NCBI RefSeq assembly: GCF_000150275.1
Contig: NW_002060950.1
Coordinates: 980,106-1,044,105 of the forward strand
Length of the DNA stretch: 64,000 nucleotides
Source: Trichoplax adhaerens
Lineage: Eukaryota > Animalia > Placozoa
Direction of reading: 5' to 3'
In this document: positions 1 through 11,600 of the stretch, piece by piece
Layout: every line of letters begins with the position of its first letter
Numbering within the stretch: the stretch's first letter is position 1
The notes under the pieces: model-generated
What the model was told of the DNA's origin: nothing
Database searches by the model: none
Seen by the model: only the letters and a program-made list of their open reading frames with translations
Program-made: the position numbers and the translations under genes

Positions 1-189
1 TACTGTATATTGAGGCCAATCCTAGAAATGTCAAACTGTCTGGTATTGACCTCAACATAAATATTGTAGTAGGGTAATGAAGATGCTAATTTACTATTAT
101 AACACACGCCGGTGATACTGTTAAGTTGCAAGTCGTTGCAATGACACTCTTGGAATTGCTTTATCCGCAGAATCAATCAATCCAGTCAC

Positions 190-880
190 TATTTACAGAT
201 AAAATCGTATGTAGTACTCAACATCTACAGAATGATGGAAGGGACTTTGGAGGACAACTGTAGCCTTTAAGTCCAAATGATGATAGAATACTGTGTAGTT
301 GAGGGATTACGGACATGTTTGAACGGGCCTACAATCCAATCCGAGATTGATGATGGAGCACTGAACAAGCATTATAATTATCAGGGACTTTTCTCTTATA
401 AGCCGCTATGATTATGATGATGATGCAAGAGAGGACATTTTTAGAGACAACAGCGGCCTTCAAGTTCCTATGGTCATAAGAGTAGTTGTGGAAATTAGAC
501 TGGTCTACAGTACAGTCAAATCGTGTTCTGCACTGTCATCAAGTCGAAGATAGATCCTGCAGCACTGAACAACCGTCATCATGATGAAGGGACTTTTACA
601 GATAGAATTGAATTGGTCTACAGTACAATTAAATCGTTTCCTTCACTGTCAAGTCCAAGACATATCATTGGATTTATGTAGCAAACGTCAAGATGAAGGG
701 AAACGGCCATACAATAGTTGTATTCCTTGAACTGGTCTACAGTACCATGGACTACTCAATGACATAGGTCATGGTTATCTAGTAGTCCATGACAGTACAA
801 TCCATTGGTGCTGTTCATCGTCATCTACTTAGGGGTTGTCATCAAGATGGAAGTTCAATTGGCCATACAGTAGTAAAGTA
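190..880. repeat. Degenerate tandem repeat region
   Basis: Recurrent blocks GATGAAGGGACTTT, GCACTGAACAA and TGGTCTACAGTAA/C...AAATCGT appear in several diverged copies. Confidence 0.55.
746..791. mobile_element. 46-bp micro-MITE-like insertion (11-bp TIR, 7-bp TSD)
   Basis: TIRs CATGGACTACT (746-756) and AGTAGTCCATG (781-791) are perfect. Direct repeat ACAGTAC flanks both sides (739-745, 792-798). Empty-site paralogues TGGTCTACAGTACA occur at ~501 and ~614. Confidence 0.7.
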
Positions 881-886
881 ATTTAT

Positions 887-1880
887 GCAAAATGATCAGG
901 CCTATTGGCCATGGCTACAAACATCCTAATGTAAGGCAGTTTGTTTCAAGCCTTCTCCAGTCCAAATGGTCATAGAGTAGTACGGTAGAGTAGTTTGTGT
1001 GATCATCATGATTGGCTATTAGCCATGGCTACAAACATCCTAATGTAAGGCAGTTTGTTTCAAGCCCTTCTCCAGTCCAAATGGTCATAGAGTAGTACAG
1101 TAGAGTAGTTTGTGTGCATCATCATGATTGGCCATTACATGTCTAATGTATCAGTAGGACAGCTTAAACGAAGTGTATAATAAAATTTAAGCAAAATGAT
1201 CAGGCCTATTGGCCATGGCTACAAACATCCTAACGTAAGGCAGTTTGCTTCAAGCCTTCTCCAGTCCAAATGGTCATAGAGTAGTACGGTAGAGTAGTTT
1301 GTGTGCATCATCATGATTGGCCATTAGCCATGGCTACAAACATCCTAATGTAAGTCAGTTTGTTTCAAGCCCTTCTCCAGTCCAAATGGTCATAGAGTAG
1401 TACAGTAAAGTAGTTTGTGTTCATCATCATGATTGGCCATTACATGTCTAATGTATCAGTAGGACAGCTTAAACGAAGAGTATAAAAAAATTTAAGCAAA
1501 ATGATCAGGCCTATTGGCCATGGCTACAAACATCCTAACGTAAGGCAGTTTGTTTCAAGCCTTCTCCAGTCCAAATGGTCATAGAGTAGTACGGTAGAGT
1601 AGTTTGTGTGCATCATCATGATTGGCCATTAGCCATGGCTACAAACATCCTAATGTAAGGCAGTTTGTTTCAAGCCCTTCTCCAGTCCAAATGGTCATAG
1701 AGTAGTACAGTAGAGTAGTTTGTGTTCATCATCATGATTGGCCATTACATGTCTAATGTATCAGTAGGACAGCTTAAACGAAGAGTATAAAAAAATTTAT
1801 GCAAAATGATCAGGCCAATTGGCCATGGCTACAAACATCCTAATGTAAGGCAGTTTGCAAGCCTTTCTCCTATGCAAATG
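887..1880. repeat. ~305-bp higher-order tandem repeat (A-A'-B), ~3.2 copies
   Basis: GCAAAATGATCAGGCC recurs at ~888, 1191, 1496 and 1801. Each unit holds two ~113-bp GCCATGGCTACAAACATCCTAA... subunits plus a linker. Copies are near-identical. Confidence 0.95.
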
Positions 1881-1896
1881 GTCCCAGGCTTAGGAT

Positions 1897-1918
1897 GTTG
1901 TTGTTGTTGTTGTTGTTG
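1897..1918. repeat. (GTT)n microsatellite
   Basis: Run of GTT/TGT trinucleotides. Confidence 0.85.
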
Positions 1919-2496
1919 ATTGTGGTGGCGGGCGATTTTAATTTCCCGTTTGACTGACCTGCATTGTACTGTAGGTGTACAATAAGTACTGTACTGGAAG
2001 TCTTTTCGTACTGCTCAACTGCAGCCTGGTCCCTTGTAGACGGTCATGGTACAAGGCTATAGTATAGACTACACTATGATCAGTTGAGTCCGGAATAGTA
2101 CACAGTACTATAGGACAAGAGGCATTTTTCCGCCCAAATTAGCCTGCTACTACAGTATATCGAGTACAGTAGAAAGTGACGGGAGGCTACAGTAAAGTAC
2201 TGTAGTCAGTTGGTGGCACTTGGTACTGACTAGCCTTGGCAGGAGTGATGCTGGATCACTCATACATAGACTATACAAACACCTATAATGGATGTCTTTC
2301 AACTGAAAGTCAACTAGGCAGTTAAGAGGTGCAGGTTCGGGCACGATTGGGACCGGATGGGTCTTACTATTATTTCTGTACTGGACCTAGCTGGAGTGGC
2401 AGTTATTTCTTGCATACAAACAGCCTAGTCAAAAAAGGGTAAAATTAATCCACATTTCATTGGTGCTCAACTGCATTCTAGCAATGATCCAAAAGG

Positions 2497-5400
2497 ATGG
2501 ATGATCAAACTATGGAAAAAGTAGAATTTGGCATATTAGAATGGGCATGCAGGTGTATCTGTCATCGCTTTATTACTAGTTTTGAATCGGATGTGCGTTG
2601 GAATGATGTCATTGTGGGTAAGTGCACAGATCGATCGACTCATCGTTGATCAAAACATGCAAAACTTGTTTTGATCCATGGCTAGGTATGGATCGAGCAG
2701 AAAGAATTCTTGTCTGCCTTGATCGATGTCTTCTAGCGGTAGATATCGTTTACTTTTTCATCACTTGCTATATCATGATACAGTACAAGAGTCTTTTCCA
2801 GCCCTTGATGGATAGGATAGCTGTAGAATATTTCAGTTTTTATCAGTTATTGCTGTCTATCATTTCCAGACTAGTATAGATATACGCATATTTCAGTTTT
2901 CGTCAATGCTAGATATTATCAAATATCTTCCCAACAACTCTCAATGTATTGATGCAATAGAATGGAGAGAAAGAATTCTTTCCAGCCTACAAGATGAAGG
3001 TTTCTCAAAAGATTGAAGATATAGTAGTATTCAGTTTTGGTCAATTTCTAGGTGTTATACTACAGAAAGAATCACTCCTAGCCTTGAAAGATAGGATAGC
3101 TTAAAAGGATCAATGTACATTCCTTTTCATCAATTTGCACGCGTCTATCTCACAAGCTTTGTGCTTAGACGTACAGTATAGTATTTTCGCATAGAAGGAT
3201 TAATGACTTACAGTATTCTATAAGTTACGTTGTACAGCAATCGGGTTGGAAATGCCGTATCTACAGTATGCAATTTGTTAAATATGCATTCATAACACGC
3301 TTCTGCATAGTTAATCCCCTTGCGATATCGACGTTAGCTGTCATGGCGAACCTCGATTCCTAAAATGCAAATTCAGCCATACTCTACTACTACTTCCTAA
3401 ATAGTCCATGATTGCACCACGCCTAGGTACATGATGACGATACCTACTTTAGCTGTCAAAGCCAACCTCAATTCCTTAAATGTAAATTCAGCCTGCTCTT
3501 CTACTACTTGGAAAGTAATCCATGATTGAGCCATGATAACAGCAAGTGAAGAACGAACAAAACACTCTTCATAACCCAGTGTAGAACACGTTCAAGTAAC
3601 ACCTATTTTATCCTCAGTTAGTTTTTGTCTCGCAGAGACAAAAACGCATGCTGTACAAGTTGGACAGTTTACAGTAGCAAATTAATTTACTATATTCAGG
3701 TTTTACGACTTCTAGTACGAGGGTTGACGCCATGGTGATATTCAATGTCTTGTATTCTATTCTATTACAGCATTATTACCAGCGATGGACACTACCAAAG
3801 CCAGTAGCGAATTAAACTTACGATTAAAACTGGCAGCAATGATTATTCGATTGCTAGAAATTGGACAAGCAGACACTAATACTGTCGATACAAGCAAAGT
3901 CGACGTCGACACTCTGCATCCGTTGGAAGAGTTAATGCGAATATTTAATGAAATTGCCTCATCTTTTCCATTTTCCAAATGCCAGCTAGAGGAAATGCGA
4001 GAAGCTTTCAAAGTTCAGGTAATACCATTTGCCAATAATGATCGTGCATTTGTTGTAATCAGTAACACTTATACCTAGTGCAATCGATGCGCAGTTGTTG
4101 ACTAACTGATGTAGGTGTAGATGTATGGCAAATCATGATGTACTGTAGTAGTGTCTTCAAACTCGACATACTGACACTGTAGCGTTAAAACATATATGGA
4201 TAAAAGATCAGGACTGATTATGCAAATGTCACTGTGGCGATAGCTTTGTATTTCTATCATACTTGTAAATAACCTTGCATCATACAATGGATACTACAAT
4301 AAAAAGCTTAGGTAGTTATTTCTCGTCGTAACCAGCTACAAATAAATAATTCTTACAATCTTGTATCAAATTTTACAGCTATTTGGCGAATTATAGAGTG
4401 GATACTACAGTATATTCTATCACTTTAACACAAGTTTATGAAAGTATAATATTGTCGCTACTTCAATAGAATTAGTAATGTCTCATTTTGCTTAGCTTTT
4501 GCCATGATAGGTGATTTATATTTCTGGTATGTTAATGAATGACTGATCTGATTCTACTTGCAATGTTGCGATTTTTTACAAGTTTAAAGCAATTCCTTTT
4601 ATTCGTTGTTATAATCTCTACTTTAGTTACAATTATTGTAATCTTTTTCCTGCCGTAACAAATTTTGCGTACGCTTTATGTAATGGAATATCGATTCAAT
4701 CGCTTTTAGGCTTTTCTCTGTTGTTGTCGTAGTGGCGACTATCCAAGAGCCAACGCTGTATTAGAAAGACAATTTGGCACCGGAAGACATAAACAAAAGG
4801 TAAATTAGTATTGAGCTCATGACCTGTACGTATGTAGTCGATATTGCTTTTAATTTTTTACTATTCCAACTTATTGCAGCTAGTGGTCATTACCTTTAGT
4901 TTTGTTCTACATATATGATGTAATATCATTAATAGATTAGATTAAATTGCATGAAAAAGTCAATCAATAAATGAAATGTACTAAGTTTTAATCACATTTG
5001 ATTACGGTTTATTACAATTATTCGATAGAAACGTCGTGAATTACACCAGCTATTGACTCAATTACAGTACGGTGAAGCTATGTCAGACTCTGAAAGTTAC
5101 ACCGACTTTCTTAGAAACCTGGGTAAATTTTTAGAAGATCCTATCAAGAAATTCAGTATGACCCCGCTGCACCTGTTTATAACTGAGGTAACGCAGTTAC
5201 TATTAATCTTTATGATATCATAGTCTTACTAGATTAAATAGAACAATTATTATTTAAGTGAATGATAGCACGCTAGATCATCTCTTCCTAATAACTACAA
5301 CGCAATTATTCCTCCAAGCCATTTACTTCCATGAATATAAGTGTATCTAAATGTCAGTAGTGAATGAGTTATACTTCGCATAAATGTTATACCTATATCT

Positions 5401-7762
5401 CCTACACTCATAAATAGCGACCTTTTAGTTGAATTTGAATTAGTTCCTTTTCTTACGACTTATAATCTAGTAATTACAACTCCAGTTCGTCTTCGTATGG
5501 ACTAGTACTCACATTAGCATATGCTGGAATTTATACAGTACGATAATAACAATAGTAAAAATGTTATGTGAACTGCTGTACGTACTTACCGACGTGGCGT
5601 AAGGTAACGTCAGAGTATGATGGGAGATGCAGTAGCATTTACTATGCTAATTCACTATTTTATTTCCGAATGCATAGAATGATCCTAGCGTGCCTGAAAA
5701 GGATGCTTTATCTAATGATGACAACCAGCCTCGCAGGTGAGGGTACAATGTACATACATTAACAGTCTTCTGTAGTAGTACTTCTAGAGCTAATCTAACC
5801 TTTTAGTAACATTTAAACTATTGACTGTGGAGCTCTTTTACACGTACTTAAATCTTTGCAATCCCGTTTATATATATATTACTACATGCAATAAAATAAC
5901 TGTTTACATCTTACCTCAGTGATGACGTTCAAGAGTCTGCTGATAAGGACATACATACTGATGAACCTCCAATCGGTAATCCTAAATACCAGCAATTGAG
6001 TTATTGAATATATTAAACGATGTTATGGAAATCCTACATTATGTAACTCCTATTATAAAGTATGCTCTACGGCATTATCGGCATTCTCTTTATTTGAGAT
6101 GTATAAATGTTTACTTGCATTATTGTGCCCAAGTGTATTTGAAACGTTGAATTTGAATAAGCTCACTGGGGAGAATTTATCATTATTATCTCATATGATG
6201 TAATTATACGCTTAGTTCCTGTCAAAAAACGAAGGAAAGCCACTCCTCGAAAAATTGTTACGATTGAGCCAATGTTAAACGAAAAGCCGCAAACGAGATT
6301 ACAAACAAGCAGCAATAGTGTATGTTATCTCTCTGCATTAATGTAGCTCTTAGTGGAAAAATTTAGTTCCAAGTTTCTTCTCGTAACTTCATAGAGTGCT
6401 ATTATTCTGGTAAGAATTTAGTTTGTAAGTAGTTTACTTGTTAAATTTAAATTATATAGCCTGCTTCCGCAAAAGTGAATGAAAGTGACCAGTTTTCCAG
6501 CCCCTCCGAAAGTAAGGAAAAGAAATCGAGAACTGCTAAACAAAAAGCTGTTCGCAAAATCGATCTGCAACTGTAAGTTGTTTACACTTGCTTTGTGTAC
6601 AGTATGTGGTATATGAATGAAGTTTCTTTCACCTAATTTACTATCAAGAAACTCATTCGTTAAATATAATATCCTTATTGTATATTAAATTGTTCATAGT
6701 TTAGTATCTCTGGAAGAGTTTCACATTTCTCCCTTCTCTTTTAAATCCAATTTTGTCGCTATATTTTTTTTAAAGAATTTATCAAATTGTTATTGTTAAT
6801 ACTGTTATTTTTACGTTGTATCAGCGAAACTACTGTATTCATTGGAAGGCGGAGATTGATATAATGTATTCTTACTTTTAGAGTACATATACCTTTATTC
6901 GTATAATAGATATAAATATATATATTTGGAATGTGTTCTCGAGAATCTTATGACGATCACATATAGACTTATATGAGCAAAGGACATTTCGTTGCATTGC
7001 ATTATAATATCACGTACGATCATTGATATTGACTTCTAAGACTATTATTATTATTTTATTGAATATACAAGACAACGTTCGACGCAAGAAGAGGAGAATC
7101 AAGAAATAGAAAATCAGAGTCCTTCAAAGCATTCAAGTCGTACGATCCATAGCTTAAAAAAGCCATTAGTTTCTTCTTCTCCCTCAACTATTTATGATTC
7201 AACTCCAAAAAGAGTGAAACCCGCATCAGATAATCCGGATAAGGATTTAACTCCAAAAAAAGCAAAATCCGCGGTACGAGTATCAGTTAATCCAGATAAT
7301 GATTCAAGTCCGAAAAGAACGAAGTCTGCGGTGCGAACATCAAATAATCCCAATAATAATTCTACTACGAAAAAAGCGAAACCTATCATATCAACATCAG
7401 ATGATACAGCTGATTCAGATACTAGTTCTACAAATCAGGAATTGACGAGGAAATTTCGTCGTCGCCACGGTCGTCAGTTATCTTGGCATAGTGATAGCAT
7501 CGCTGGTGAATCGAGTGATGAAAACATATTTACTCGAATAAATAGAAATAGGGCTGCTATTACATCACCTCAGCCTAAAACGTTTCAAAAGAAGCGTATG
7601 AAACGGCCATGGAGTCAAAAAGAGGAAGATAATTTATCAGAAGGAGTGCAGTTATACGGCGTTGGTAATTGGGCTATGATTTTATCTGAATTTAATTTCG
7701 TAGCAAGAACGAACGTAGACTTGAAAGATAAGTGGCGAAACATGAATAAAAAAAAGGACTAA
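2497..7762 (+). CDS. TERF1/2: Telomeric repeat-binding factor (TRF1/TRF2-like): TRFH domain + C-terminal telobox Myb; 9 exons
   Basis: Phase-consistent GT-AG exons: 2497-2617, 3771-4018, 4710-4799, 5029-5187, 5678-5736, ~5920-5975, ~6217-6318, ~6460-6572, 7072-7762. TRFH-like segments: LHPLEELMRIF, AFLCCCRSGDYPRANAVLER, SYTDFLRNLGKFLE. Telobox Myb: WSQKEEDNLSEGVQLYGVGNW...RTNVDLKDKWRNM. Confidence 0.9.
3335..3535. repeat. Diverged ~115-bp tandem duplication in TERF intron 1
   Basis: TAGCTGTCA...AACCTC.ATTCCT.AAATG.AAATTCAGCC...CTACTACTT...TCCATGATTG is present twice. Additional degenerate copies (CCAGCCT/GATAGGATAGCT/TTCAGTTTT) lie at ~2790-3110. Confidence 0.7.
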
Positions 7763-7979
7763 ATATTAAAGTATCGATTATAGCAATATAATGGTCTTTC
7801 TTTCGCATATCTTGTTATGCTGTATATCGGATCGAACGAAAGCTTTCTAATTCATAATAGGTTATACAATGTAAAATACCGTATGTTTTTATATAAAAAG
7901 GTAGCAATCGTATTTATCTGCATACTACTATAAATAAAAAATTTACTATCCGATTTTTGTGTTTATCCGCAAACTCTGA

Positions 7980-8400
7980 AAGCTGATTAGTGGAAACTGT
8001 CAGGTGTATATATAATATACAGTTTATACGGACGGAGAGTATATTATTGCAGGCGTTAGTTTCAGCGAAGGATTTTGGAATTGTGGACGCTCGCTGGGAA
8101 GCGAACGGGTTCAACTAGTCATATATTAAAGACTACTAGTCTATTGTAAGTGCAGAATCAGCGTGGTTATCGTTCCGAGAAGATAGCAGTAAAATATACT
8201 TTAGTAATGTCAATATAAAAATTTCTTGTATTATTGAATTCTTTTTAATCATTATGTAATGATATCTCCCAGGTTTAGTGTGAGTTTCTGTGGAACTAGT
8301 GAAAACCCACTAACAATGTTCGTGTATGGAGACTTGTTATCGTATGTTACGCGATATGTTCAGAGTTCTCATGCCGTCTTCAAAAGTTGTAGGAATTTCT
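7980..8400 (+). pseudogene. Decayed protein-tyrosine-kinase fragment (N-lobe)
   Basis: Collinear motifs in shifting frames: AD*WKL (~7982), GRSLGS (8085-8102), KIAVK (8180-8194), CGTSENPLTMFVYGDLLSY (~8289-8345). Stops and frameshifts are present. Confidence 0.45.
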
Positions 8401-8672
8401 AAGTTTTATCATGTCACTAATTAACATTAACCAAAACGTTTTAAAATCTTGTAGAGTATTAATAAAGTAAGAAAATCTTCAAATAATTTGCAGCGATGCA
8501 GAGTGAATGCTTTTCAAGAGATTTTAATCAAATTTTAGCGCATCTAGCTTCTAGCTAATTGATAATCATAATTGATAGATATACTGGACATACTCGTACA
8601 TACATAATTACAGCCTCAATAGGACTAGCTTTGACATCGGCTTTACTATAATTCTGTATTCAGTTTAAAATA

Positions 8673-11600
8673 CTAAAGTTTAGATTTCGTATCGCTATCG
8701 AAAGGTCGTACATGAGGATAGAGCGGCAGGCAGCTTTTGAACTCGCTTGGATTTTTAATGAGGATATGCTGAAATATTCAATACATGAAGTTTGTTAATG
8801 AGAATAATGTATCTTAACGATATTAAATAATAAAGATATTAGTTACACCTAAATTGTAAAAAATGCAAACTATATTTGATCAAATTCCATATGAATTCAT
8901 GACTTCCAAATCCTAACATGTACGCAGCCACGGAATAATGACAAAAATATTTCATTTAAATACTTACATTTTCATTTGAGTTACTATCTGTTGCATCTTC
9001 TGATAATGTATTCGCAGCTGTGTTATCAATTATTATAATTGGAAATTAAGATATATTGCATACAGAAAAATGAACATATGCCGATTTACCTGCAACTTTC
9101 CTAGACACGACTCTAACGCTCAATTTCTTACGCTTAGGAGCGTCTTTTTCAATCAAATCCTTTTAAATGTTGAACAATAAATAAGATAAATGCAAACGAT
9201 TCTATATCTATCTATAAGTGTTGAATTTACTGACAATGAACCATAGGATAACTGAATTTATCGATTTTACCATGTAAAATTGGAGCAGTTCAGTTTTATT
9301 GACGGTCTTCAAGTAATTAATCTCGATATTGTCTGAAAGTATTGAAACAAATCGCAATATTATCTTTAGTAGAGCAAATAAAAATGTGAACGATACACAG
9401 TATAAAGGCTTATGTTTAGCAAAGTGGAACCTCGATCAAAGTTATATTGTCTGCTAACTATCTCCGAAAAATATCGGTGGCATTCCTCATTCAATTTTTT
9501 AGGTTTTTCAGATTTTCTAATAATTAAAGCATTCAGGTGCTTTCGAAAATTCTCTTCTGTTAATAATTCCAAGTGTTCCTAATGTAATTACAGTATACGT
9601 AATGATAATGTGACAATTGGTAACGATTTTAGCCTCATACATAGCATGAAGATAGCGTCTACCTTCATTGATACCATGAACGCCTCGATCCTTGATTCAA
9701 CAAATGCGGGATTATGATCAGATTGCACAAGAACCCTTAATCCCTGTAATACAGTACACATATTTTATTTACAAAAAGGAACGCGTCATTGGTAATTTAA
9801 ATTATCATCGAAGCATTATAAAATATTTACTTGTGCGCCATGCGCTCTTCTCACTCCGCTAAATACGATATATCCTATTTAGCAAAACATAATTGTTCAA
9901 ATGAAGGCGATACTATTATTAATAATAACGTAGAAAACATCTTAAGACATACCTAATTGTTCTTTTGTTCGCAGGATGTCAAAGCAAGGTTCGTTTATCA
10001 CTTGACAAAATAATTCGATGAGAGAATTGGTGGTAGTGCTTTGTAATCCGTACTAAACATGGTCGTATGGAATAATGCTGTTAATATCCTTGTAAATTTT
10101 TACTTTATTTTTTTATCATTATCTGGTAAAGTGTGATCGTTTTACCTGGTAGTAGACTTCGATACATGATGATGGATGTACATCATTGACTACCTCGAAT
10201 AAATAGCTGCAACCTGTGAAATAATATAATACAGAAATCATAAGCCCTTATTCTATGCGAATACTTCAAGAAAATTTTACAAGTATAGTAGAAAGGTAAT
10301 AATGAAGTTTATGTACCATCTTGAAGCTGAATTTGTCTATGTTTCATACGTTGGGATGGTAGTAATGCTTTAGTTCCCGCACAATCACGAAAGACTGAAC
10401 ATACTAAAGTACTAATTTCAATCGCTTCCTGCCAAATTTACAAAGGGGATTTCTTTAAATTTGACGATATAATAATAATGACTATGAAGAAACGCGCTAA
10501 GTAAGTACTTTATTATTACCTCCTGTGTTAAATTTCCCATCAATAATGCTTCAATATAAAGTCTTGAAAGAAATAAAGGTATAAAGGCTTGTACTTGTTC
10601 ACAAGATATATCTAAGGTAAATACAGTATTTGGTAAATAGCTTTATTATGAGAACAATTACTGTCAATCGTAAAAGTATCTTACCATCTAATGCATCTGA
10701 CAGGTCGTCATTTGTCCAAAAGGTGTCTTCCAGTAAATAATTGACATAATAAGCGGCGTGCATATACGGTTTCTCCGCTTTAAAATTAAGCAGTTGTCGT
10801 TTGTACTAGTTGAGAAAGTGATCGCCAGTTGAGTAGCGAGTATCGCTTACGTGATCTTATGAAATTTTAAATTTACAGGCATAAAATTTTTTCACATATT
10901 TTGAAAAATATTTACCTCATTTTTGATAATAAGGAAACGTTTTGGATCAATCTTGAATTGGGCAACTTCATTCAATATTTTTGAAAGTAATACTTTTTGT
11001 TTATCGTTATATCCTCTTATAATTAACTGAGGAGGAGAGAAATATCTTAAATATCCGTGTGATCTTCGTCAATAATGATGCCTTGATAATTTCTAATATT
11101 TACCTGAATACCATAAAATGTTGCATGTAAAATATAGCTAATTCCAGCAATTTCAGCATCATATGCAAACTCGTTTAAGGAATCCATTACCAGAGTTACA
11201 AATAATCTTGTCATATTAAAATGAGCTGGATCTACGTAGGTAAAAGGGCTAACATATGTACGTAGATAATAAACAAATATTATACTCAGGTTTTTCGAAC
11301 GAACTTAAGTTATTCATATGCCGTAATTGCACTGTATAAATACAAAGCTAATGTATAGTAACCTTGTAATGTCGAAGCAAAAGCAAGCTTTTGGAAGGAA
11401 GAAAGAATTGTCTTGTTTAAACCATGTCTTCGAAAGAGAATCCTCCTAAATGTACGAGTAATTGCTCGCATGTGAGTATATTACTTATTTAAGTCCAAAA
11501 AATGTAATAAAATACCAACATAACGAAGATTAAAAGCATGTTCAATTAGCTCACATACCTTGATGATAGTGGGGTATTGGGTTGGCTAAAACAAACAAGT

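Noticed and set aside
1953-1964. Minus-strand ATG CAG|GTCAGT as first exon of a gene divergent from TERF
   Set aside because: Plausible but only 6 coding nt, and no downstream exon is recognisable in the window.
2126-2138. E2F-like site TTTTCCGCCCAAA upstream of TERF
   Set aside because: Imperfect match and a single short motif.
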